64,000 nucleotides of DNA from Anaeromyces robustus (GCA_002104895.1 MCFG01000167.1:1-64000); one strand, 5' to 3'; numbered from the stretch's first letter, positions 15,795 through 37,660 are shown. Made by a program: numbers and translations. The notes: generated by a model not told the origin, from the letters alone.

Positions 15795-16083
15795 TTTTTT
15801 TTTTTTTTTTTTTTAATTATTTTCATATTTTCATTTTTATTTCTATTCTTATTCTTATTATTCTTATTCTTATTCTTATTTTTATTTTATTTAAATTTTT
15901 TTTTATTTTTTTATTTTTAATTTTATCCTATTATCATTTTTTTTTACTAATAATAATAAAATAAAATTTAAATAAATTAATCCCAAGTAAAAAAAAATAA
16001 TAAAATATAAAATAAAAAATAGAAATGAATAATAATAAAAGTAAAAATAAAAACAAAAACAAAAACAAAAACAAAAACAAAAA

Positions 16084-16119
<36 letters not shown>

Positions 16120-16376
16120 TATATATGTAAAATAAAAATAAAATAAAATAAAATATTAAAGAGTGTCATGATTCATGATTAAATTATAATATATGAGGGG
16201 TTAAATGTAAAATAAATAAAATAAAATAAAATAAAATAAAATAATTATGTAATAATAATAAAATGTATTAAAGAAGAAAAAAAATAATTATGTCATTTAA
16301 TAAATAAAAATATTCACAAATATCATAGATTATATAACATATAATAATTATTAAAAAAAAAAAAATAATATATTAT

Positions 16377-19300
16377 TTATATATAAAAATTATTAAAATA
16401 TATACTATAGTTACTATTAAGATTATTGGTGGTGGTAGATGAAATATAACTTTGGGTATCATAGGCGTCACTTTTCTTTGGTATTGAACTTGCTAATATA
16501 TCATTTCTTAATTTACTGAAACGTGATTCCTTATTTATCGTTTTTGTTGCCTTAAGAGTATTTTCTTGACCTTGTAAGTCATTTGTATCTTTTTCAAATA
16601 TTAAATCATCTTTTAATAAATTATTATCCTTACCAATAACTATAAATGAAGTTCTATTGTTAGAATGATTTTCAAAGAAATTACTTATTTCATCATCATC
16701 ATCATCATTATGGAAGGTATGACTACTATGTCTTTTATTTATCATATCATCAAGACTATTCGTTTTAACGTTATGATAAAATGTAGTTGATGAATTAGTT
16801 TCATTATTTAATATTTGATGATCAAATGGTTTAATAGTTTCATGTTCTTCATTATCATCTGAAACATAAGATATATTAATTGATGAAAGAGATGGAATAC
16901 TTTGACTATAATGTGAATCTAATTGACTAAGACCAAAATTGATTTCACTATCAGAAAAACCAATATTAGCATTCATACTTTCATCATTGAAATTTCCCTT
17001 TAAAATTGAAAAAGATTCAGTGGTATTATAATTATCAAATCTAATGGAAGATTCATTTAAAATAGTTGTTTGATTTAAAGATTTTTCAACAATATATGGT
17101 GCCATATTACTTCCTGCGCTAAAACGTTTATTATTTTTCAAATTACCACTACTTTTTTTATTCATAGCAACATTTCTATAAACATTTTTATTATCACAAA
17201 AACTAACCTTACTTCTTTTACTTTCCATAGATAATTTATTATTTAATTTTCTAATTGGACTATGTTCAAAGTTTATTGGGAAATTAGAAATATCAGTATG
17301 TAAGAAACTATTTGAATTTTTATTTTTAAGAATACCGTAGGAATTTTTATTCTTTAAGATTGGATTAGATCGTTTATTTTTTAATATTCCTGAACTCTTT
17401 TTATGAAGTAAACTTTTTGATAAATCATGATTATTTTCTTTTTCTTTATTGTCAATAACTGCTTTTGATGTGGTTGGATCTTGTATAATTTTTATTGGTT
17501 TAGTAATATTAATATTGTTATAATAAATGGGTTTATCTTGACCATGTAAAATTTTTCTTAAATTACTATCGTTAGTTTCAGTTTCAGCTCCAGTTACAGT
17601 TACTGATGCAATTTCAATTTCTGTGCCAGTTTCTGTCTCTGTCATAGTCTCAGTTTTAGTTTCATTTTCATTTTCAGTTTCAGTTTCAGTTTTAGATTCA
17701 GTTTCAATTTCAATTTCATTATTTGAATCATAATTAGAATCAGTATCTATTGAAGAATGAGTAGAATCACTTAAACTTTCTGTAATACTTGGATTCACAA
17801 TGTCTTCTGAAATTTTTAAATTCATTAATTCTTTTGATAAAGTTGGAATATTCTCATCATCATTTTTACCTTTGGAAGGTAGACTTAACATAGTTTGAAT
17901 ACTTTCACTGAAACTATTATTTGAATTACTTAATGCACTTTGAATAGTTTCACTTAAACTGTCTTTTGTTATTTCAAGTGAAAGCTGACTATTTTTAACA
18001 TCCTTATCTTTATCTTCATTTTCAACCTCATTTTTATTTATATCTTGAATTTCAAGATCTTTGTGATCCAAAATATTGGATGGAGATAATTCAGTTGATG
18101 TAAGTAATTTAGTTGATGGAGATAATTTAGTCGATGGAGATAATTCAGTTGATGGAGGTAATTTTGTGGATGGAGACAATTTAGTCGATGGAGATAATTC
18201 AGTTGATGGAGATAATTTAGTTGATGGAGATAATTTAGTTGTTGGTGATAATTTGGTTGATGGTGATAATTTCTTTTCCGATGAAACTGGAATTATCTCG
18301 TTATTATTATTTGATATATTAATATTATTAATAACATTGTTCATTGTAGCGTTTTTTAACATTAAATTATCATCAGCAACTAATGCATTTGGTGATATAG
18401 GGGATGAAATTCTATTACTAGTTAGACATGGTGATTTTCTAGTTCTTGGTGGTGGTACAGGGGATATCAATTTGATTTGATGATTATTTGATGAAGATTG
18501 TGGTGAAGTGTTAGAAATTGGAGATTTAAATACAGTTTTAACTGGTACTGTTTTTGGAGTTAAATTGGTATTAATATGAAGATTAGCTTTGTGATTTCCA
18601 TTTTTAACTACAGGTTTTGCAATTGTATTTAATGTATTAATTTCAGGATTATTTTGTGAATTTTGTGGATATTTTGGTATAGAATTATTTATATAATTAT
18701 GGTTATGTTTAAGGATTTCATTCGAATTATTGCTATATATAATATTATTAAATTCTTTATTATGTTGAACAAAAAGAGATGACGTACGAGCAGGTAATAA
18801 ACATTTTGGAGAATTAATCTTTACATTTATAGTTTTATCAATATTTGCATTGGTATTAGTATTAGTATTAGTATTAGTATTAGTATTGTTATTGATAATT
18901 GCGGAAGAAGCATTTGTTGATTTTGTTGATATATCAACAGGACTCATTTTAGTGGTATTTGTATTTGTACTTGGTTGAATAATATATCTTCTTGTTCTTG
19001 GTGAAGTAACATATGGATTATTATGAAGTGGAGATCTTGGTCCAAATGTTGGTGAAAGCTCATTTATATTAGGATAAACTCTACGTTGCAAACTTCCATA
19101 AAGTGAATGTTGTGGAGAACGTGGTGGTCTAGTTAAAGTATGAATTATTGGTGCTTCAGTTCCAGATGGACCAGATGGACCAGATGAACCAGATGGACTA
19201 AGTGGTGATATTTTACCTTTTTCTCTTTCAAGGCTCTTCGTTCTATGTGTAGAATTACTACTTCTAGAAGGTGAAATTAAGGAGGTTTTATTTTGCATTT

Positions 19301-20519
19301 CATTATTTCTCTTTAAAAGATCTGAATTACGTTGCTCCCATAAATTATGAATAACATTATCTTGTTTATCAACTACAATTAAAATATCATGTTGAATAGA
19401 TTTAGTATCCATTACACTAAAGTAATTATATACAGTTTTTAATTCCTTATCTTTCTTTTTATCTTTCTTTAATAAATAATTAAAGATAGAACCGTGGCTT
19501 TTCTTTCTATTAGGTGATGTTGTTGATAATGGTGAGTAAGTCGGTAAAGATGTTGGTGTAGTAATTGGTAATGAAGTTGGTGTAGTAATTGGTAAAGATG
19601 TTGGTGTAGTAATTGGTATGTTTATTGGAGTTGAAACTGGAGTTTGGTATATTTTTTGATCTGGATAAGAATAATCATTATTTATTTCTGGTTTTATTTC
19701 AATTGCTGGAGTATTAGAAGTAGGTGAACAAGGGGAACCAAATTCATGATTAATTTGTTCTATTTCTTTACCTAATGGTTTAATATTTATATTATTATTA
19801 TTACTATTATTATTACTGAGTTCATTATTATTATCCATGTCATTATTAATATTAATATTTCTTTCAGAATCATTAAGTATTAATGTAGATGGATTAATTG
19901 TATTTGAAATTTCTGGAGGGGTTGCTAAATTTTTAGAATCATATGGATATGAAGTAACGGCTTCATCTTGAGTATTAACTAAAGTTACAGTATGAGAATT
20001 AAATTGTGAATTCAACGTTTCATTTGCTATTCCACCTTCATTATTATTTAAAACTTTGTTTTTTAATGTAGAAGTTCTTTGTAAGTCCATTTTTTCAAAA
20101 AATTGTTCTCTACGAGATGGAGAAGGAATTGTAGAATCTTGTGAGGTATTTATTGAATCTTGATTTAATTCAGTTGATAATTTTTTAATACTATTATTTC
20201 TTTGGTTTATTGGTTGAGTTGTATATGAACATGAAACTGGGGGAAATGATGTAGGTAATGACGATGATATAGAAGATGATTGAGATATTCTATTATTATA
20301 ATAGTTGGTATTATTTGTATTATAGCTATATATGATATTATCTTGTTTTTTTGATGGTAAATCTATGGGTTGAACAGGATTAAAATTATATACTGGTGAA
20401 GTAGTATTAGGTGAAGAAATTGGTAATGACGTTGGAGTTGGGGGTGTATTCCTATTCAATGGTTGCTTTTTATCTTGTTTTTTAGGATTTAATTTTTTAA
20501 ATATAGATTTAAATCTCAT
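16377..20519 (-). CDS. Large Ser/Thr/Pro/Asn-rich disordered protein with SILK-like and RVxF-like motifs (putative PP1-interacting scaffold)
   Basis: 1380-aa ORF with dense SP/TP sites, LSPSTK x11, PITTPTSL x3, SGILK/NPILK/YGILK then KRSKVSF. The last codons (SIYFNNFYI*) look like read-through into an intron (A|gtatat at 16406/16405). Confidence 0.8.
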   Translation of the reverse strand: MRFKSIFKKLNPKKQDKKQPLNRNTPPTPTSLPISSPNTTSPVYNFNPVQPIDLPSKKQDNIIYSYNTNNTNYYNNRISQSSSISSSLPTSFPPVSCSYTTQPINQRNNSIKKLSTELNQDSINTSQDSTIPSPSRREQFFEKMDLQRTSTLKNKVLNNNEGGIANETLNSQFNSHTVTLVNTQDEAVTSYPYDSKNLATPPEISNTINPSTLILNDSERNININNDMDNNNELSNNNSNNNNINIKPLGKEIEQINHEFGSPCSPTSNTPAIEIKPEINNDYSYPDQKIYQTPVSTPINIPITTPTSLPITTPTSLPITTPTSLPTYSPLSTTSPNRKKSHGSIFNYLLKKDKKKDKELKTVYNYFSVMDTKSIQHDILIVVDKQDNVIHNLWEQRNSDLLKRNNEMQNKTSLISPSRSSNSTHRTKSLEREKGKISPLSPSGSSGPSGPSGTEAPIIHTLTRPPRSPQHSLYGSLQRRVYPNINELSPTFGPRSPLHNNPYVTSPRTRRYIIQPSTNTNTTKMSPVDISTKSTNASSAIINNNTNTNTNTNTNTNANIDKTINVKINSPKCLLPARTSSLFVQHNKEFNNIIYSNNSNEILKHNHNYINNSIPKYPQNSQNNPEINTLNTIAKPVVKNGNHKANLHINTNLTPKTVPVKTVFKSPISNTSPQSSSNNHQIKLISPVPPPRTRKSPCLTSNRISSPISPNALVADDNLMLKNATMNNVINNINISNNNNEIIPVSSEKKLSPSTKLSPTTKLSPSTKLSPSTELSPSTKLSPSTKLPPSTELSPSTKLSPSTKLLTSTELSPSNILDHKDLEIQDINKNEVENEDKDKDVKNSQLSLEITKDSLSETIQSALSNSNNSFSESIQTMLSLPSKGKNDDENIPTLSKELMNLKISEDIVNPSITESLSDSTHSSIDTDSNYDSNNEIEIETESKTETETENENETKTETMTETETGTEIEIASVTVTGAETETNDSNLRKILHGQDKPIYYNNINITKPIKIIQDPTTSKAVIDNKEKENNHDLSKSLLHKKSSGILKNKRSNPILKNKNSYGILKNKNSNSFLHTDISNFPINFEHSPIRKLNNKLSMESKRSKVSFCDNKNVYRNVAMNKKSSGNLKNNKRFSAGSNMAPYIVEKSLNQTTILNESSIRFDNYNTTESFSILKGNFNDESMNANIGFSDSEINFGLSQLDSHYSQSIPSLSSINISYVSDDNEEHETIKPFDHQILNNETNSSTTFYHNVKTNSLDDMINKRHSSHTFHNDDDDDEISNFFENHSNNRTSFIVIGKDNNLLKDDLIFEKDTNDLQGQENTLKATKTINKESRFSKLRNDILASSIPKKSDAYDTQSYISSTTTNNLNSNYSIYFNNFYI
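18079..18272 (-). repeat. Coding 18-bp tandem repeat (LSPST[K/E] x ~11)
   Basis: gatggagataatttagtt-type units on the + strand; they also produce the spurious antisense ORF 18076..18480. Confidence 0.92.
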
Positions 20520-21266
20520 TTTTTTTATTTTTTATAACAAAACTGCTTTAAGAAGTTTTTTTATTTAATATTTTTTTAATAATGGAAAAAAAATAAATAA
20601 AATAATACGAAAATGATAAAATTTTAAAACTATATAATAATATTATTAGTTTTTATTTATAATTATTTTAAATAAAAATTATAATATGATTTTCTTTTGT
20701 TATAAAAAATAATTAAAGATAATAATATGAGAATAATTTTATTTTTCATTACCCTTATTACAATAGAACAAATGCTTATTTAATATTTGAACTTTTAATT
20801 AATTAAAATATTTAAATAAAAAAAAGCATTATATTATTATTATTATTATTATAATTATAATTATTATATATTTTTTATTTATGAAAAAAAAAATTTATTA
20901 TAATAAATTTGAATGGTTTAAACTTTTATAATATTCTATCTTATAATTCCTATGATTGATATAAATATGTGAGGGATATTATATGTTATAAAAAAAAACT
21001 GATGAAGTATATAATTCAATTGAATTGTCGTAATTTATAAAATGAGAGGATAAAAATGATTGAGATAAAATATGAAAATATGAATAAAATAAAAATAAAT
21101 AAGATATAAGATGATAAATGAAATATATATATTTATAAATATTTTTATTTTTTATAGAACTCTCTGTTTTGTTTCCTTATTTATGTATTTATTGTTATAT
21201 ATATTAAATAAAATTGATAATCATTTTTTATATATAGTATATGTATTTATAATTTTATTTTTCCTT

Positions 21267-21299
<33 letters not shown>

Positions 21300-24200
21300 A
21301 AATTCAAAAAAACTTTTTATTTTTTTTATTAATAAAAATAAAAAAAAAAAACGCTATTGCATTTTGTTTATTATTTAATGTTTAGTAATATTAATATTAT
21401 AATGTATCCATTTAAAAATGATACAGGAATATTATAATATTAATATACTAATATATTTGTATATAAAGTCTACTTATTTAATCTTTATTTTTTTATTTGT
21501 TTCAATTTTTTTTTTTAATTAGCCATTTAATAAAAAAAAAATAAAACTTCAATGCCTTGTTTTAATGAAAAAAAGAAAAGAAAAAAGAAAAAGAAAAAAT
21601 TTTTATTCTTGTACAAATATATTTTTATTTTTTTTTTTTTTCTAAATATTATTTATTATTTGTTCAATAGTTAATAAATAATTTTTATTATTATATTGTT
21701 ACTATATACTGGCAAAAAAAGGAATAATTAAAATATTTATATATACTATTCATTATTATTTTCTATTTATAATTGATTAAATTATATATTTATTTATTAA
21801 ATTAACTATATTATATTATATTATATTAATATATTTCTATTTTATTGAATTCCACCATTAAAATTTTTTAACTTTAATTAATATCAATTCTGTTGTACAA
21901 AATGAAATATATATATTAAAATTATTTTCATATATATTAAAATATATTACAATATATTAATATGAATTATATGTAGCTTCAATTTATTAATATATAATAT
22001 ATATATAAACTATTAAAAGTATCCGTCATTTAATTTTATTTTACTTTTAAATTTTATTTTTATATTCATAATAAAAAAATTTATGGTTTGTATTTTTATT
22101 TTTTTTTTTTTTTTTTTTTTTCTACTTCTTTTCTTTTCTTTTTTCTACTTCTTTTCTTCTTTTCTTCTCTCTTTTTTTTTAATTTTTTATTTATTTTATA
22201 ATTGTTAAAATTAATATAATAAACTATAATAAATTAATATATTAATAATTTTCAATATTAAATAAATTATTAATAATAATGAAAAAAGGCTTTCCTTATT
22301 TTTATAAAAATTTAATTATTTTTTACTATTTTTGTATTAAAAAAAATTTTTTTTGTAATTAAAATTTTTAATTTAGTTTTTTTTTTAAGCAATTAACCAT
22401 ACTATATAATTTATTTAACATTGAAATTGATAAATTGAATCACTAAAATATTAATATTATTGTTAAAATGTTAGTATTATTCATTTTATGTTCTATAGTT
22501 GTTTCATTATTATATCATTTAATTTTTTATTATTCTATTATTCCATTATTCTATTATTTATTATTTATCTATTATTATTTATTATATTTTATGATTTATA
22601 ATTATTATTCTATTTTATTTATTATTCTTTACTATTCTTTATTACTATTTATTATTTAGTCATTATTATTTTTATTTTATTTGTTATTTATTATTTATTA
22701 TTTATTATTTAATTTGTATTATTTATTATTTATTATTAATATTTATAAAGGATTTATAGTCTGCTGCTATTTTGTTGTAAAGTATTAATAAATTTTGTGT
22801 TAAATTAAAAATTTTTAATATAATTGATTGAATAAACAATATATTATTATATATATTATTATATATTATATTTAATATTAGTTTATTCTAATATAAATGT
22901 AATCACTAAAAATAAATAGATATTGAATTACATAGAAAATTTTAATTTTTTTTAATATAAGTCAGTAACTATATTAGGAATAGTTTATTTTCTTTTAATA
23001 TATTTATTTCTGGATACTTTATAATAAATAATACTTTAAATATAAATCATTTATTTCCAATAAAATCAAGTGAATTTAATTTATAAAAAATTTATATTAT
23101 TACTGTATATTAATTTAAATTTTTTTCATTTTTATATATTAAATATATTCTATATATTCAATATAAGCATTGTATTTTTTTTTTTTTATTATATTAATTG
23201 TATATATACTTTAGTGGTTTTTTTTTCTTTTTTTTTTTTTATTTCTTTAAATGTGGTGGTTTTTTGTAATAAATTATATTTATATGTTAATCATAAAACT
23301 ATTTTATTATCTTATTTATTAACTAACTTTGTAATATGTATAATTTTAAATTTTAATTTTTATAGTATTATTTATTATTACTATGATTATAGTATTGAAC
23401 TAAATCATTATTGTATTTTAGTTTTATTGTAGTAATATATATTATAACAATAATTATAAATTTGTATATAATTTTATATTTTTATAAACATATGCTAATC
23501 ATTGATTTTTAAAATAAAATTAAACTTTAATATTTAAAGTTTTTTCCTTTTTTTTTTTTTTTCCAGTTAAAAATCATTTAAATTTTTTATTAATAAATTA
23601 ATTTATAAATATCTCTATTTTACTGAATTTTTATTGGCTAATATTCAGTTATTAACATATTTTTTAATATTCAATTTTTATTAAGTTTTTTCAACATTAT
23701 TGGTTAAATTTACAGATTCATTTTTTTATTATAATAATTATATATTATTAATATATTAAAATTTTTAATTTTGTATTAAATGTTTTTTGTATTAAATGTA
23801 TATATATATAATATATATTTATTTTTTTTACAATTTTTGTAAAATCTTCATTTAGTGTAACAAATGAAATAATAAAAAACATTTTTTTTCTTTTTAAAGT
23901 TATTTTTTGTTTTTTGTTTTTTTTTTTTTATTAGGATAATAAATAATTTCATATAATATGAAAATAATAATATTGTAATATATTAATGTTATTGAAATTA
24001 TTAATAAATATATTGATATATCATAAAAATTAATATGCGCCCCATATCATATTGCGAAATGCAACATTGCGAAATGCAACACATTCCATTCATCCTGAAC
24101 ATACTCTCACGTTTTTTTTTTTTTTTAATATTTTAATATTTAGCATTATGATTAGCATAATTTTTAATTTGCTTTTTTAAAGGATATACTGTAACATTAA

Positions 24201-24665
24201 CATTAATTATGATATTATTTTTATTATTTTTGTTATTAATATTCATATACTAGTTCAAAAAGTTTATATATATATATATATACTATTTTAATTATAATTA
24301 AGTTTATTTTTATACAAAAAAAAAAGCTATTAAAAAACTGTATTTTTAATCCAAGTGACTGAAATTGTTCCAAATATTGAATTATAATTATATTATTGAA
24401 TTATATTATATGTATGTTCCTTTTGTTGATACTTAATAACCCTTTTAGGGATTTCATGATAAATTATTTATTCATTTAATATCTCTTATAATGATTTCAT
24501 GATGAATTATTTAATTATTTTTTAATATACCATTCAAATTATACTATAACGAAATGATAATTTATATTAAATATTTATTATTTATAATTACATATATATT
24601 TTTTATACCTTTTTTTATAGGATAGCCTTTTTATTAATTTTTAACTATAATATTTTTTTTATTAT

Positions 24666-24711
<46 letters not shown>

Positions 24712-25514
24712 AAGAGGTATAATTATTAATTTGACTAAAATATTTTTTTTTTGGTATTTAAATAATCATTATTTTATATATTATATATGATATAAAAAAA
24801 AGACAAAAAAAAAAAAAGATAAAAAAGGTTAAGAACCATATATAATATATCTTTTTAATAATATAATACAATATATATTTTGAGATAGTTATTATTCCCA
24901 AATCGATTGTATATATAGTTTTAATATTTATTTATAATATATATATAAATATTAACATTACTTTTTAAATATTTTTATGATTTTTATGAATTGATGATAA
25001 TATTTTTGTTTTACTATAATCCAATGACTTTTTTTTATTTTTATTTTTTACTTTTTTGTTCTTTCTTTAAAATTATGTACAAAAAGAAAGTTGAAAAATT
25101 GTAAAAAAATAAATAAATAAACAAATGAGATATAATAATAAAATAGTTAATAATAAAACAGAATAAAAATAAAGTAAATAAAAAAGAAAAAAAGAAAAAA
25201 AAAAGAAAAAAAGTTTTCAATTAGTTTTTATATTATAAAAACCTAGAAACTTTCAAACATTATTAATTTATATATTATATAATAATGTTTAATAATTATC
25301 TTATTAAATCGTAATAATATATATAAACCTATATAAATCTATTTATTATATTATATTTTATTATAATTAAAATAATTGCTAATAAATATGGCTAAGCATA
25401 TTTACATATATTAATATATATTTATATATAAAAATTATTATTAATAATTCCATATTATTTATTTAGAGTGTTGTTTTTAAATAATATTATGTTAAAATAA
25501 AATAAAACAAAACA

Positions 25515-25632
<118 letters not shown>

Positions 25633-26611
25633 ATTATAATAAAAAATCCACTATACATTTTGTTACTTTTACACTGATAAACATAAAATTAAAATAATAA
25701 AATAATTCGTTGACCAATAATTATTTTAAAAAATCATGTATCAAAATAAAATAATTATAAAACAATTACAAATATATATAATGTAATATATGGGTATTAT
25801 ATATGGGTTATAGTCAAAAGATTAGTCGTCACAAGTAAACTTTTATTTCATTGGAGAAAAAATTAAATATTTAGTAGTAAATCTTATTTAATAATGAAAT
25901 ACACTTTATACCTATTGAATAATAATGTTAAAACAAGAAAAACAAAAAGAATTAAAATAAAAAAAAATTAAAATAAAAATATTAAAAAAGGAAAAAAAAA
26001 AAAAACTATGCATGTACTTTATTATTTATATAAATTTTGTTTGTTATTTATAAACATGCTAATTTAAAATAATGGTTGTATTTTAAAAATTAAAAAGCTT
26101 TCTATTATTATTATTATTACTGATTATAAATATATATTCTATTATTTATATATTCTTTTTATTAAAAAAAAAAGGTTTAATTATCAAAATATCTAAAGAT
26201 AATGAATATATAATATATATTTGTAATATAAAATTATAATAAAAATCACATCTGTAGCATATATTATTTATGTTATAATATATATATTATATTTCTGGAA
26301 ATTTTGTACTTTTCATTTCATTTTGTTTTTTTTTTTATATATATATTTTCTATAATTTTTTATATTAAATTTACAATAATATTATTTTTTATTAAAATAT
26401 ATGTTTTAAATATTAAAATTAAAAGTAAATTTTTTAATAAATGAATGAATAAATAAATAACTAAATAAATAAAATAAAATAAATAAATAAATAAGTAAAT
26501 AAATAAAGCTTTTTAATTTTTTTTTTTTTTTTGATTTTTAAAATTTAATCTACAGATGTTACATTTTTATATTTAATGATATAACAATAAAAAAGGCTTA
26601 GAATAGTATTA

Positions 26612-26622
26612 ATATAATAGTA

Positions 26623-26720
<98 letters not shown>
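26612..26720. repeat. (AAT)n microsatellite
   Basis: aataataat tract, with a few AGT variants at its start. Confidence 0.95.
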
Positions 26721-28792
26721 TACAATATCAATATTAATCATAATAATTATTATTATTATTATTGTATATAATATACTAATTTTATTAAATAATAATAAAT
26801 TAAAAATTTTTATAGAAGAAAAAAAAGTTTGAACGATTAGTTAAAATGTAACAATACTTGTAAAAACAACAACAACGACTATATTAACCGTAAAAAGACT
26901 AATATTAAATAACTCTTTATTACATAAAAAAAGGTGTAATAAAATATAATCTAATGATGTTATTAATATTCATTCAATAAAATATTATATCATATAATTA
27001 TGACAGATTATAGTATTTATATCATATAATTATGACAGATTATAGTATTTATATATAAATAATATAAATTGTAAATCAAGTATATTATAATTATTAAATA
27101 AATAAATAAATAAATAAAACTTTCTTTTAATTATGCATAATTTTAAAATAATCACTTAAAACAATTATGAAAATTAAATATTATATATATAATATTATTT
27201 AAATAATATAAATAATTTATTTTTTACTGTTTCAATTTTATTTATTTGTTTTATTATAAATAAAAATTAAATAATTTTGACATGTTTTGAAAATTTTATT
27301 AATATGTTAATTAATTCATAATAAATAATAGACATAATATAAATATTATTTAATAAATATTATTAAATAAATATTAGAAAAAAAAATAGATAGTAAAAAT
27401 ATTCTATTAAGTCTAATAATTAGTCGTTCATTTCATTTATCCTTTTATTATTACTATTATTAATATTAATATTAATATTATATTTATCATATAAAATTAT
27501 TAATATAAAAATATAAATTTATAATAATTTTTTTCAATAATTATTATACAAAAAATATTCATATGTTTTAAAAACTATCTCCTTACATTTTATAAATATT
27601 TACAATAATATATCTTTAATGGAGATAAAAGATAAAATAAACTCTTTTTTTAATTTATTTTATTTTAGTTATTATTATAATATCTTTAAAATATGAATAT
27701 AAAGAATGTAAATGAATATAAAATATTCATTATTAAATTACTAAATACAGTTCAATTATTAACAAGTTATATAATTCTTTAAATTTAAATACAATTCATA
27801 TTAAAGAACTTTTTTTTTTTTCATTATTTAATTAAATTATTTATATTTATAATTATTTATCAATAAATATATATATATGTGAATATATATAATAAAAAAA
27901 AATATCATGAATAAAAATTCTACTCATTTAAAATTAGAATATAATAATATGATTCATATAATTAAATAAAATATGAAAAAATAAAAAAAAATTACTTAAT
28001 GATATAATGATATATTAGATAAATTATAAATAGGAAAAATGATTTTTAAATATTTATAATATATATTTTTTTAATTATAATATAAAAACTTTAAAAGATA
28101 ATAAAATAAGTTGTGTATATTTTTTTAATTATTATTTAAAAAGAAATGCATTATTATAATTAAATATTTTTAATTATAATATAAAATTTAAATGTATCAT
28201 ATTAATTAATGAATCTTTAAAAACTGAATTACTAAAAATATATATTAATTATAATAATTTTTAAAAAACTTTTTTTTTTTAAATTTTTTTTCCATGTTAT
28301 TTTTAATTTTTTAATTTTACTTTCTTTTTTTTATTTTATTTTATTTAATTTGATTTTATTTTATTTTTTTTTTACAACCATTATATACAATCATTATATA
28401 TTAGATTTTGAATTGAATTATTTAAAATATAATTATATTTATAATTCTTTACTATTAAAATATATAAAAGTTAAAAAGAGAAAAAAAAATTTATTAATTA
28501 TGTATTAAGTGGTAATGAAGCCAAACAAAATAAACTATTTTTTATAAAGAAAAAAAATAAAAAGAAAATTAAAAAAAAATATAGATTTATAATAACTATA
28601 TTATATAATTAATTATTATGTAATATTTTATTTTGTTTATTTTTCGGTACAAATAGTATTTCAAAAAATAAATAAATTCCAATTATAATCAATCATTCAA
28701 AAAAAGTCAATATAAAAAAAAAAAATACATATATATATATATAATAAACATATTTAATTTATAAGTTACAACATAAACAAATAAATAAATAA

Positions 28793-36720
<7,928 letters not shown>

Positions 36721-37334
36721 TAAAATATCTTTATTACACTTTTTACTTTTTTCTTTTAATTTATATAAAATTTATATATATGTATAAATTTTAAATAGAA
36801 ATTAAAAAAAAAAGTATACATATATATAAATATATTTATTAAGTATATATATACTTAATAATATTCATTATAATTATAATAATCTTTTTTTTTTTTTCTT
36901 TCTTTTTTTTTTTTTACAAAATAAAATAATATATTCTTTATTTATTGTAAAAACAGATATTTTTATAGTGAATTCTCTTTTTTTTTTTTTTTGTATTTTT
37001 TTATTATATATATTAATCTTTATTTCATGTAAAAACCAATATATATATATATAAAAGGACTATCTTTTTTACTAATATATAAATTAAAAATATTATTATT
37101 TAATTTGTATTAATAATAATATAAATAATACTAATTTTAATTAATTAATATTAATTAGTTATTTATTTATTAATTTTTGTGCTATTTTATAATTATTATT
37201 ATTTTATAGATTTCATATATAAATATATCCTTAAATATATATATTTATATAGAAAAAAAACAATAAAATAAAAAAAAAAAAATAAAATTATATTCCATCG
37301 ATAGTTAATTAAACTTTTGTTTATTTATTTACTT

Positions 37335-37660
37335 ATATAAATAATAAATAAGTTAGTATATAAATAAATAATATAAATAATAAATAAGTTAGTATATAAA
37401 TAAATAATATAAATAATAAATAAGTTAGTATATAAATAAATAATATAAATAATAAATAAGTTAGTATATAAATAAATAATATAAATAATAAATAAGTTAG
37501 TATATAAATAAATAATATAAATAATAAATAAGTTAGTATATAAATAAATAATATAAATAATAAATAAGTTAGTATATAAATAAATAATATAAATAATAAA
37601 TAAGTTAGTATATAAATAAATAATATAATAATAAATAAGTTAGTATATAAATAAATAAAT
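37335..37660. repeat. 36-bp minisatellite, ~9 copies
   Basis: Unit agttagtatataaataaataatataaataataaata; agttagt recurs at 37351, 37387, 37423, 37459... Confidence 0.93.

Noticed and set aside
12286..18480. Antisense/alternate-frame ORFs (12286, 13853, 14023, 18076)
   Set aside because: Shadows of repeat-coded tracts in the real ORFs.
37335..37660. 36-bp repeat as a CRISPR array
   Set aside because: Head-to-tail copies with no unique spacers and no cas genes, in a eukaryotic context.
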